A stretch of 64,000 bases of DNA from the NCBI GenBank assembly GCA_016839745.1, contig JAEOTS010000157.1, forward strand, positions 1 to 64,000, written 5' to 3'. Both the position numbers and the translations under genes were made by a program. How positions within the stretch are numbered: position 1 is the stretch's first letter; each line of letters begins with the position of its first letter. The DNA comes from Promethearchaeota archaeon. Its GTDB lineage: Archaea; Asgardarchaeota; Lokiarchaeia; Sigyniarchaeales; SOKP01. The notes under the pieces were generated by a model. The model was not told the origin of the DNA. It saw only the letters and a program-made list of their open reading frames with translations, and made no database searches. Shown here piece by piece: positions 9,767-18,989 of this stretch.

Positions 9767-10516
9767 TTGAACAAAACAATTATATGGGGTCATCGAGGGA
9801 CTGGATTCACAGGTACACAAAATACATTCTCTTCTTTTAAGAATGCAATTGATATGGGGGTCGACGGAATAAAAACTGAGCCAAAATTATCAAAAGAAGG
9901 CGAAGTCGTTCTATCTTATTTCAATACGCTAAAAATAAACGGGGAAGACGTTCCAATCCAAGAGTTAACCATAGAAGAAATCAAAAAGTTTAAACTCGAA
10001 AATAACGAGTCAACCCCTACTCTACGCGAAGTTCTCGAAGCGTTTAAAAGCTCAGATATTAAATATAATTTTGATATCGCGAATCCGGAAGAAGGAATAC
10101 AAATCATCAAAACTGCTAAGGAGTATGGATTATTAGATCATGTAGAACTCGCTAAACCTTCCACGCGCCCAGATTCTCTCAGCGATTTTTTTACTGAAAT
10201 TAGAAATTTCGATAAAAATGTTATGTTGGTCAATTCTGTGTTTCTCAAATATTCAGTAATTGAAGATGAACATTTTGAACTCGAAGATATGAGAAAATTA
10301 AACATCAAAGGAATTAATGTTAACTATAATTACGCAGATTTCGAACTTTTTAAAAGAGTTAAAGACCACGGTTTCAAGTTTTGCGTATGGGGCGTTCTTT
10401 TTAAAAGATCGATGCAAAAATTGCTTACCATGAAATATAAGGGTGAATACATTGACGCAATAATGTCAAATCAACCAGATAGATTAGTAAAATTCCGTAA
10501 TGAATTTCAAAGCTAA
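9767..10516 (+). CDS. Glycerophosphodiester phosphodiesterase family protein
   Basis: IWGHRG, NTFSSFKNA, PTLREVL, IMSNQPD; TTG start after SD GGAGG. Confidence 0.85.
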   Translation: MNKTIIWGHRGTGFTGTQNTFSSFKNAIDMGVDGIKTEPKLSKEGEVVLSYFNTLKINGEDVPIQELTIEEIKKFKLENNESTPTLREVLEAFKSSDIKYNFDIANPEEGIQIIKTAKEYGLLDHVELAKPSTRPDSLSDFFTEIRNFDKNVMLVNSVFLKYSVIEDEHFELEDMRKLNIKGINVNYNYADFELFKRVKDHGFKFCVWGVLFKRSMQKLLTMKYKGEYIDAIMSNQPDRLVKFRNEFQS

Positions 10517-10602
10517 AAATTTTTTTTGTTTTCTACTTTTTTTAACAAACCTTGAAATTAAAGAATTCCGGCCTAATTCTCTATTATTTATTATCACATA
10601 TT

Positions 10603-10797
10603 TTATAAATTTTGAATCAGTCCTAAAATAAAAGGAATTAGAAAAACAATTATTATCCCAAGTAAACTGAAAAGGATAAGTTGATCATTTGGGGGTTTTC
10701 TAATCTCTTCTATAATTACTTTTGTCATTAGTATCAGAGCAATCATTAAAAGTCCAATAAAACTTATTATCAAGAAAAAGGGGGAAGTATTGACCAT
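10603..10797 (-). CDS. Small two-TM membrane protein
   Basis: Two hydrophobic stretches; SD GGTGA before ATG 10797. Confidence 0.55.
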   Translation of the reverse strand: MVNTSPFFLIISFIGLLMIALILMTKVIIEEIRKPPNDQLILFSLLGIIIVFLIPFILGLIQNL

Positions 10798-10868
10798 TTT
10801 ATCACCCAATTATTATTTTTCTCGATACAATGTATTTTTCTAAAGAAATTAAAAAAAAAATAATAGAT

Positions 10869-11252
10869 TCACTGGGAACTAAAAGTTATAGGTCTGATTT
10901 TTTCTCTTTCCGCTAATTTTGCTGAGTGATCTTTCTTCAGATCAGCTAATTTATTTTGTTTTCCAATTATACTTTTATTTATTTCCATGACATCAGTTTC
11001 AAGATTAGCTAAATCTTTCTGAATTTTAAGATAAGCTTCCTTTGCTTTAGAAATCTTCTCCAACTTAATCAAGAGAAACTTCAGGTTATTCATGATGAAT
11101 TAAAAAGTGTAGATGATAATGGGATCTCAGAAGTATCAAACCAGTTTGAGAAAGAGTTAGTTTCCTTAAATGAAGATAAAGCTAAACTAGAAAAAGAAAT
11201 AACCGACATCCAAGATGAAATTTTGCAATTAAGAAAAATTATTGAGAAATAG
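10869..11252. pseudogene. Two back-to-back coiled-coil fragments on opposite strands
   Basis: Minus 10869-11093 (KLEKISKAKEAYLKIQKDLANLETDV...) and plus open frame 11013-11252 (LQLNQEKLQVIHDEL...LEKEITDIQDEILQLRKIIEK); both heptad-rich. Confidence 0.35.
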
Positions 11253-11319
11253 ATCTCAATATTTACATCGAGATGGTTAAAGCATATTTTAATTTGAAAT
11301 ACTATAATTCTACTCAATC

Positions 11320-12423
11320 TCACAGCCATCTTTTTCTTTTGAAATAATAAAGCATTATAAAGGCTATTATAATCATTATGAATATTAAGATTGGGTATGC
11401 AAAGGGTTGGGAAATTTCAGGCATATAAGTGAAGTTCATACCATAAAATCCTGCTAAAAACGATAAAGGGATGAAGACTGTTGAAATAATAGTAAGCACT
11501 TTCATAATATCATTCATCCTATTGCTTACACTAGATAAATACATATCTAACATTCCAAAAATTATATCTCGGTAGTTTTCTAAAAGATCAGAAATCCTAA
11601 ATATATGGTCATAGATATCTCTTAAGTAGATTTGCAAATCATCTCTGATTAGATTCGATTGCTCTCGCTGAAGTTTGTTGATTACTTCTCTTATCGGCCA
11701 AATTGATTTTCTTAATTCAAGTGAAGACCTTTTCAATCGATAAACAAGCTGTAAAGTTTCTGGTTCAGGATTTTTTATGAGATTATCTTCCATATTTTCT
11801 ATATCCTCACCTACTTTTTCCAACACAATAAAATAATTATCAATTATAATATCTAGCAAAATGTAAAATAGGTAATCCGCTTTCATTAAACGAACTCTTC
11901 CTTTTGGTACTTCTATTCTCTCGTAAATTGGACTAAAAAGTTTGGTTTCCCGCTCTTGGAAAGAAATTACATAATTCTCTCCTAAAATCAAACTAATTTG
12001 CTCATATTCAAATTCGTCCTCTTCTTGATTCCATACTAGTTTTTTAATAACAACAAAAATATAGCTCCCATAATCTTCTAATTTAGGTCTCTGATTTGGG
12101 CTTAAAATATCTTCTAGAACAAGGGGGTGTAAGCTAAATTGACGACCAATTTCTTCAATGACCTTTACTTCTGCAAGACCGTAGATATCAATCCATCTAG
12201 TTATTTTTTTTTCAATTTTGTTAAGATCTTTCTGAATTTCGCTCAATTCTTGAAAATCATAAAGTTCTTCATTATAATCTGTTATCTTAATTTTAGGTTT
12301 TTCCTTTACCTTATCTCCAGTATATATTAAAGACCCTGGAGGTAGACCAACCTTTTTTTTCCTCTTTTTACTTGACGGAATCACATTTTTTAATGGTTTT
12401 GAAAATATCTTCAAAATTTTCAC
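11320..12423 (-). CDS. corA: Magnesium/cobalt transporter CorA
   Basis: GLPPGSL, LHPLVLEDI, QRPKLE, GFYGMNF (GMN motif), MPE loop. Confidence 0.95.
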   Translation of the reverse strand: MKILKIFSKPLKNVIPSSKKRKKKVGLPPGSLIYTGDKVKEKPKIKITDYNEELYDFQELSEIQKDLNKIEKKITRWIDIYGLAEVKVIEEIGRQFSLHPLVLEDILSPNQRPKLEDYGSYIFVVIKKLVWNQEEDEFEYEQISLILGENYVISFQERETKLFSPIYERIEVPKGRVRLMKADYLFYILLDIIIDNYFIVLEKVGEDIENMEDNLIKNPEPETLQLVYRLKRSSLELRKSIWPIREVINKLQREQSNLIRDDLQIYLRDIYDHIFRISDLLENYRDIIFGMLDMYLSSVSNRMNDIMKVLTIISTVFIPLSFLAGFYGMNFTYMPEISQPFAYPILIFIMIIIAFIMLYYFKRKRWL

Positions 12424-12553
12424 CTTAATAATATAAAGGGAGGGATAACTAATAATTTAATTAACCAAATTTTAAAATAAAAGTTTTCTTAAAATTGTAA
12501 TATACAACTTATTATCTAAAAGTAATAAAAACCGCGGAGATAAAGGTTTTCTT

Positions 12554-13465
12554 ATGAAAAGAATTTATAAAATAATTGGATGGATATTAATTTTAGGGAT
12601 ATTTGTATTAGTCTACTATTATTTTGGCTTTGAGCAATTATTATTAAATGTTATACTTTTAAATTTGGTTGCCTATGTTGTAAGATCAGTCTCAATTGAT
12701 GTTTTTCAAAGTTTGGTTAAAAATTTATTAATTCGTTATATAATCATGCTAATTATAAATATCGTATGGCTTATATTTCCATTTTGGTTGATTTTTCTCA
12801 TTTCACCAATTTACTTTGTAGCAATTATTTCTTTTCTGGTTGTGGCAATATCTCTAACATTTCAAAATGTAATTAATAATATTGCCTCAGGAGTAATGCT
12901 TTTATCATCAGGGGGTTTTGAGGTTGGCGATCTAGTTGAAACTAATGGAATTATAGGAATTGTAAAAGAAATTACTTTAAACAATTTGAAATTAGTAGAT
13001 TTTGATGGATCAATCACTTATATTCCAAACAAAATCGCCTTTAATTCATCAGTAGTTCGTTATACTCACAAACCAATTCAAAAAGAAAAAAAAATAGAAA
13101 TTTCAGATGTTGTAAAAAATATAGGAAAAATTATTACTGGTGAAAAAAAGTTAACTCGTTATATTAAAGTAGTTGAGCTTTTAGGTTCGATAGATTCCGA
13201 GCAACTTGAAGAATTATTAAAGCCAATATTTGATAAATATGAACCGATTTTTGGAACGCGACCTTATTTCTATGCTAATAACACTGTTAGTGCAATAAAT
13301 ATTCGATTAAGTATTACCATTCAAATTCTTACAGAGGACCCCAAATTAATCTTAACCTACATAGATCCCTTTATGAAAGAAATTCTATTCAAAATTTATG
13401 AAAAAGATATAAATTATGGATGGAAAGCAAATGAAAAAAATAATCAAGAAATAGCATGGAGGTAG
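12554..13465 (+). CDS. MscS-family mechanosensitive channel protein
   Basis: FQNVINNIASGV...FEVGDLVE...GIVKEI...IPN. Confidence 0.85.
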   Translation: MKRIYKIIGWILILGIFVLVYYYFGFEQLLLNVILLNLVAYVVRSVSIDVFQSLVKNLLIRYIIMLIINIVWLIFPFWLIFLISPIYFVAIISFLVVAISLTFQNVINNIASGVMLLSSGGFEVGDLVETNGIIGIVKEITLNNLKLVDFDGSITYIPNKIAFNSSVVRYTHKPIQKEKKIEISDVVKNIGKIITGEKKLTRYIKVVELLGSIDSEQLEELLKPIFDKYEPIFGTRPYFYANNTVSAINIRLSITIQILTEDPKLILTYIDPFMKEILFKIYEKDINYGWKANEKNNQEIAWR

Positions 13466-13472
13466 GTTATAA

Positions 13473-14378
13473 ATGGCTCTTTTTAGTTCAGATTTAGAAG
13501 CACTAATTTATCTACTGATTATCGGGGTAGGGCTATATCTTCTGAATAAGTTGATTTCTGCGACCTTTGGTAAAAGTAAAAAAATCTCTCTTAAACAAAA
13601 AATGATCTTCAATTTTTCTTTAAAAATTGCTACTGTTCTCATAGTAGTATTTTTAGTAATTGAAGGATTTCCAGTTGTTTCTCTTATTGATCCAACTTAC
13701 ACAGCTGTATTTACTGGAGCGATTAGTACCGCTATAGCATTCGCGTCAAGCGGTATATTTGCTAACTTCTTTTCGGGAATTATCATGATGTTAATAAGAC
13801 CTTTTGAAATCGGCGATTTAGTCAAGATTGACGGAGATAAAGGTATTATACGAGAAATAAGTCTAACGAAAATGAAATTAGAAACATTTGATAACTTAAT
13901 CATTGAAAAATCAAATGCCCAAGTTATTTCATCAAAAATAGTAAATTATACAATCAAACTAGGTAAGAAGAAGACTCTTGAAGCTTTTAAACAGAAAATC
14001 TTAGCCCCTCAAGATATTGGTTTCAAGGGTCTTTATGAAGGTATTTCGAGTTCAAAGAACGAATTCGAAGATAATTTAAAAAAAGCCTACGAGTCCTTTT
14101 CAACGAAGATATATCCAAAATTATATAATTTTACTTTTAGAATGTCATTTCCATATCGGGGATTTCGAGTAATCATCGATAAAGTAGCACAACTTTGTGC
14201 TTCATACCATGAGAAGAACATTTTTAGAATAAAACCCCAATTTGATATAGTAGATTATAATGTAAGCATAGTAGTTAAATTTCGATTATTAACATTTAAT
14301 GCCCAAAAAATATTTGATTTTCAACCAAAATTTGCTAACGATGTTTTTAATATAATTCATGAATTTAGAATTCCGTGA
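13473..14378 (+). CDS. MscS-family mechanosensitive channel protein
   Basis: ANFFSGI...RPFEIGDLVKIDG..GIIREISL. Confidence 0.85.
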   Translation: MALFSSDLEALIYLLIIGVGLYLLNKLISATFGKSKKISLKQKMIFNFSLKIATVLIVVFLVIEGFPVVSLIDPTYTAVFTGAISTAIAFASSGIFANFFSGIIMMLIRPFEIGDLVKIDGDKGIIREISLTKMKLETFDNLIIEKSNAQVISSKIVNYTIKLGKKKTLEAFKQKILAPQDIGFKGLYEGISSSKNEFEDNLKKAYESFSTKIYPKLYNFTFRMSFPYRGFRVIIDKVAQLCASYHEKNIFRIKPQFDIVDYNVSIVVKFRLLTFNAQKIFDFQPKFANDVFNIIHEFRIP

Positions 14379-14596
14379 GGGATCCTTACTTGAAAATTTT
14401 TATAATTTTCATTTATTATTAAATTTCCTCCAGAGTTAAAAACAAAGAAGAAATCAAAAAGAAATTTTTAATCGCTTCAAAATTTTTATTTGGAATCGTG
14501 TTTATTGTCTTACTTATACAATTTTATGAAGGATTCAAGAAAAAAATTAATAGAAATGATATTATCAAAAAAATTACTATTTTGATCGAAATTCTT

Positions 14597-15619
14597 TTAG
14601 TACTTAATATTTTTGAGTTTTTTTTTAACTTTTTTTGCTTTTTTAGGTTGTTTTTTACCTATTTTTACACCCAAACTTAATTGACCTACCTTTTCCTCGG
14701 GGCCTTCCCAAAAAATGTATTTTTTTTCTAAAATTTTAATTTTTTTAATTTTAAATATCAAATATGCCATGAAATTAATAGCAAGAACATTTGATATTAA
14801 AAGAACAAGACTCCCAAATGATAAAAGTGTATTTCCATAAATTAAAGAGACTCCGATATTAACTGCAGGAGGCATCAAGGATACTGCAATAGCAATACCT
14901 ACTAAAGAAGATTGTAGTTTTCCTGTGATGGCAAATCCTACTGCTAAACCCGCACTGATAGATACGATCAAATCAAAAATCGTCGGAAAATTTCTAATCA
15001 TCATTTCATGTGTTATGGAAGGTGTACCAAAAATAAGGAATGCTAAGCTTGCGAGTAAAATGCCTATTAAAATTGCTATTAAAATACTAATTATTTGCCC
15101 AAATATTCCTTTATTGACTAATCGATAATTTTTGCTTATTATTCCATATGAAACACCTAGAATAGGACCCATTAATGGAGATATGATCATTGCCCCGATA
15201 ATAATCGCAGAAGAATTTAAAATTAGCCCTGATCCTGCGATAAGAGCAGCTATTATAATGAAGAAATAATAATCAAATTTTAAATCCATTCCCTCCTTTA
15301 TTGAGGATTTGATTTCTTCTATGGATACTCTGCTTGAAAGCTCTTCGGAAAGTTCTGTTTGTTCTTCTTTTTGTTCTGGAATCGTTGCTTGTAATTTTAG
15401 TATATCTATTATCCCAAATTCGATTCCTACTCCGATTTCATTCAGTGTTTCAAGTACTTTAGGAACCATATTCCTTGGGCAACGGATTATGACTAATGAA
15501 TTATTAGCACCCTCCAATAAAATAATACTTTTAATATTAAGCGTTTCATTTAGAGCTTTAATTAAGGATTCTTTATTTTTTACTGGTTCATTAGGAAAAC
15601 TTATCTGAATTTGACTCAT
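14597..15619 (-). CDS. DUF389 / TIGR00341-family membrane protein
   Basis: IIGAMIISPLMGPI, GIAIAVSLMPP. Confidence 0.85.
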   Translation of the reverse strand: MSQIQISFPNEPVKNKESLIKALNETLNIKSIILLEGANNSLVIIRCPRNMVPKVLETLNEIGVGIEFGIIDILKLQATIPEQKEEQTELSEELSSRVSIEEIKSSIKEGMDLKFDYYFFIIIAALIAGSGLILNSSAIIIGAMIISPLMGPILGVSYGIISKNYRLVNKGIFGQIISILIAILIGILLASLAFLIFGTPSITHEMMIRNFPTIFDLIVSISAGLAVGFAITGKLQSSLVGIAIAVSLMPPAVNIGVSLIYGNTLLSFGSLVLLISNVLAINFMAYLIFKIKKIKILEKKYIFWEGPEEKVGQLSLGVKIGKKQPKKAKKVKKKLKNIKY

Positions 15620-15737
15620 TTTTTAACACATGTTTTACTTTTTCGAAGGAGTTTCTCACAAGTTTATTTTAAATATTTTTCTAAAGAGTTAAATTAATTT
15701 ATACAAACCAATTTAAAACTTTTTTCTAGATTTTTTC

Positions 15738-15830
15738 TTCGTTATAGATCCTGAAATTCATGTAAAGAGGTTATCCACTCAACTAGATATTAAAGGGGAT
15801 TATTTAGACACTGTAGACTTTCACGGTAAA
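15738..15830 (+). pseudogene. Degenerate copy of the N-terminal part of the acyl-CoA mutase gene
   Basis: FVIDPEIHVKRLSTQLDIKGDYLDTVDFHGK vs FVTDSEIPIKQLYTPLDVKGDYLGSIGFPGE at 16811-16903; 17/31 identical, ungapped. Confidence 0.8.
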
Positions 15831-15953
15831 AATTTCATTAAGAATAGAGTACTTATTTAATCTCTAATTTCAACTAAGCACATTATTATGAAGTTTTACC
15901 ACCTTTTCTTCCAATTCGGCTTAGATATTTTTGTTTTTTTTGGTTTAACGGTT

Positions 15954-16289
15954 TTACATAAATAGTAAATCGTCGAAGACTACTATTTGATCTAACTGAG
16001 GGCGAAATATAAATTTATAATATTTTTTTTTCCAATAAAAACGCAGACTATTAAGGTACACTTTTAATTCTGAAATTTGCTCGGGTTTAATTTCTGTAAA
16101 TGAACTTATTATGGGTTCTTCCGTAGTAAATTCTATAATTCTTTTAAGTAAAGAACCATCATTTTTCAAAAGATAGATTGTTCCATTTAAATAAGCGTTA
16201 TTTTCCTCATTGTAAGTTAGCCCGAGATATTGAGCATATAAGTGAAAATACTGGCGAATCTTAGCTATTAGTTCATATATTTGAATTAT
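15954..16289 (-). CDS. Hypothetical protein (frame open to 16292; start uncertain)
   Basis: The 71-aa track ORF extends about 40 codons upstream without ATG/GTG/TTG (IIQIYELIAKIRQYFHLYAQYLGL...). Confidence 0.45.
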   Translation of the reverse strand: MIQIYELIAKIRQYFHLYAQYLGLTYNEENNAYLNGTIYLLKNDGSLLKRIIEFTTEEPIISSFTEIKPEQISELKVYLNSLRFYWKKKYYKFIFRPQLDQIVVFDDLLFM

Positions 16290-16405
16290 TACTCACACAT
16301 AATCAACATAAATCCATTGCTAAACAACTTCGAAATAAAACTGATAAAATCGATAATAGGATTGTATATATTTGGGAGGGTCTTAGCAATGAAATAATTT
16401 TAGAA

Positions 16406-16648
16406 TTGAATCGTAGGTTTCGAGACAGACAAATGCTATCTAAAGGTGAATTTCTTATGAAATATTACAAAAACTTTTATGCACATAAATATAAACCACA
16501 TTTTAAAAAAACTGAAGCTGATTGCCCCAATTTCTGGTTTTGGTACAAAAATTACTATTTGAGGGAAAGAAAATCTTTATTTTATAAACTCAACAGATTC
16601 TATAAAAAGAGATTTAAGAATGACAATTTTTTAATTAAAAATCTCTAA
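16406..16648 (+). CDS. Hypothetical basic/aromatic protein
   Basis: 80-aa ORF, no recognisable motif. Confidence 0.35.
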   Translation: MNRRFRDRQMLSKGEFLMKYYKNFYAHKYKPHFKKTEADCPNFWFWYKNYYLRERKSLFYKLNRFYKKRFKNDNFLIKNL

Positions 16649-16720
16649 ATTTATTAAATTTTTTTAGATGTAAACATTTCTATTACTTAAATTAAAAAAA
16701 ATATATAGTGATTTTAAAGT

Positions 16721-18425
16721 ATGTTCGATAAGAACTTTTTAAATAAAATTAGCCAAGAAAAAGCGAAATGGGAAGAAAAACATAAAAATGCGAAAGAACG
16801 AGATGTGAAGTTTGTAACCGATTCTGAAATCCCTATCAAGCAATTATATACTCCTTTAGATGTAAAGGGTGATTATTTGGGAAGCATAGGCTTTCCTGGA
16901 GAGCCTCCGTACACCCGGGGTGTATACCCAAATATGTATCGTGGTCGCCTATGGACGATGCGGTTATTCTCGGGACATGGAAAAAGTATTTCAATTTAGA
17001 AATATTTCTGGATCACCCGAAGAGACCAATTTGCGATGGAAATACCTATACGAAAACGGCGAAACCGGGTTTAGTGCGGCTGTAGATGCGTTAACATTTA
17101 ATGGGATTGACCCAACAAATCCAGATGGCGCACCTGAAGTTGGAACATCCGGTGTTCCTCTCTATTGCATTGATAGTCTTTTTGCACTAACAGAAGACAT
17201 TCCTATAGATAAAATTAGCGTAGCATTGGTCGTAGAGCCTTTTACAAGCGCTCCTGTATGTGCTATGTATTTCAACATGGCCCAAATGCGTGGATACGAT
17301 ATAAAAAATCTAATGGGAACAACACAAAACGATATATTAACGATGACCGTCGGTTATATCCCTTACAAGAACAGTCCACCAAATCATTTATTACGAGTAG
17401 CGTGCGATTTTATTGAATGGACAGTGGCTCAAAAGAATGTTCCGCTTTGGCATCCTATTAACTTTACTGGATATAACTATAGAGAGGGTGGCATAGATGC
17501 AATTCAAGAGCTTGGATTTGTTTTTGCTAGCGCTTGTTCTCATATTGACAACTTAGTCGAAAGAGGATGGAAGGCTGACGATTTTGTTGGAAGGTTAGCT
17601 TTTCATTTGGCTGCTCATAAGGATTTCTTCGAAGAAGTAGCAAAGTACCGAGCAGCTCGAAGGATTTGGTATAAACTCATGAAGGATAAATACGAAGTGA
17701 AAAATCCCAAAAATCTTGGTTTTAGATTCCATGTCCAAACTGCGGGAAGCTCTTTAACCGCACAATTACCAATGATTAATATCGTACGCACTGCGATACA
17801 AGGACTAGAAGCTAATTTAGGGGGATGCCAATCTCTTCATACAAATTCGTACGACGAGGCGATCTGTCTACCATCTGAGCAAGCAGCCTTGGTTGCCTTA
17901 AGGACCCAACAAGTGATCGCAGATGAAACGAGAATCACTAATACTATAGATCCTTTAGCAGGAAGTTATTATGTTGAGTGGTTGACCGATGAAGTTGAAG
18001 AAAGAGTTTGGAATTACATGGATAAAATTCAAAAAGTAGGTTCCATAGATAAAGCATTATCGACAGGTTGGCTCTATAAAGAGATGAGAGACGCGTTCCA
18101 TAAAAGAAGGACTCGCATAGAAAAGGGAGAAGAAATCATGCTCGGCATCAATAAATACAAGGTCCCTTACGATACAGTTACCGATGTTTTCAGGACATCG
18201 CAAGAAGCTATAGATATTGAAGTGAATAGGATCAAAAAGTTAAAAGAAAGAAGAGATAATGCAAAACTGGAGAAAATTTTGGACAAGCTAAGGGAAGTAT
18301 GTGAGAAAGAGGAGAATGTTATGCCCATTATTATGGAAGCTACAAGAGAAGGAGCAACTGTAGGAGAAATATGTGATATTTATAGAGAGATATGGGGCAT
18401 TTGGGAACCACCCTTAGCCATTTAA
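16721..18425 (+). CDS. B12-dependent acyl-CoA mutase large (substrate-binding) subunit, interrupted by a 31-nt insert
   Basis: GFPGEPPYTRGVYPNMYRGRLWTMR in one frame; PEETN, QNDIL, FFEEVAKYRAARR, FHVQTAG, QSLHTNSYDEA, DPLAGSYYVE in the +1 frame. Removing 31 nt gives a 557-aa protein. Confidence 0.92.
16983..17013 (+). other. Candidate 31-nt archaeal (BHB/BHL-type) intron
   Basis: 9-bp hairpin 16984-16992/16999-17007, AAA bulge, short central helix, outer stem TCGGG/CCCGA; removal restores SGHG-TPEETN. Confidence 0.6.
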
Positions 18426-18439
18426 GTGAGGTGTTAAAT

Positions 18440-18838
18440 CTGAGCGATAGAAAAATAAGAGTGTTAATGTCAAAACCCGGAATCGACGGTCATTGGAGAG
18501 GTGGTATTGTAGTATCCAGAGCTTTAAGAGATGCTGGAATGGAACTCATTTTTGGAGGATTCCAAAATGTTAATCAAATCGTTGAGGCAGCAATTCAAGA
18601 GGATGTAGATGTACTTGGCTTATCAATACACAGTGGAGCTCACTTCGCATACACTAAACAAATAATCGATTTATTAAAAGAAAGAGGCGTGTTTGATAAC
18701 ATATTAATTTTAGTTGGAGGAGTAATCCCAGCAGTAGACTTTCCAAAACTAAAAGAAATTGGCGTAGCAAATGTGTATGGTCCTGGTTCAATGACTAACG
18801 ACATAGCTGAATTTATTAAAGCACATGTCAAAAAATAA
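18440..18838 (+). CDS. Acyl-CoA mutase small subunit (cobalamin-binding domain)
   Basis: KIRVLMSKPGIDGHWRG (DxHxxG), GLSIHSGAH, VGGVIP; probable CTG start after SD GAGGTG. Confidence 0.92.
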   Translation: MSDRKIRVLMSKPGIDGHWRGGIVVSRALRDAGMELIFGGFQNVNQIVEAAIQEDVDVLGLSIHSGAHFAYTKQIIDLLKERGVFDNILILVGGVIPAVDFPKLKEIGVANVYGPGSMTNDIAEFIKAHVKK

Positions 18839-18989
18839 AATTTCCTTTTATTCTTTCTTTTATATTTTAAATTATATATTAGGTTTTTCCTTATGATTAC
18901 GGCTATCGCCCGTATGTAATGCTCTAATATTTATAATCTTTATAAAATTATAAAAAGTAGAAAGCAATATAAGATGGGAAGTTTAAAAC

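Noticed and set aside
14400-14680. Hydrophobic ORF 14498-14680 / possible gene remnant
   Set aside because: It overlaps the DUF389 3' end, is low complexity and has no SD; cannot be supported.
16920-16982. Track start of the 501-aa ORF (MYTQICIVVAYGRC...) as an independent gene start
   Set aside because: It is an out-of-frame overlap with the true conserved mutase N-terminus; the 92-aa and 501-aa ORFs are one gene.
16979-16999. -1 programmed frameshift or stop-codon readthrough at GGAAAAA...TAG
   Set aside because: The downstream frame is +1, so neither a -1 slip nor TAG readthrough restores it.
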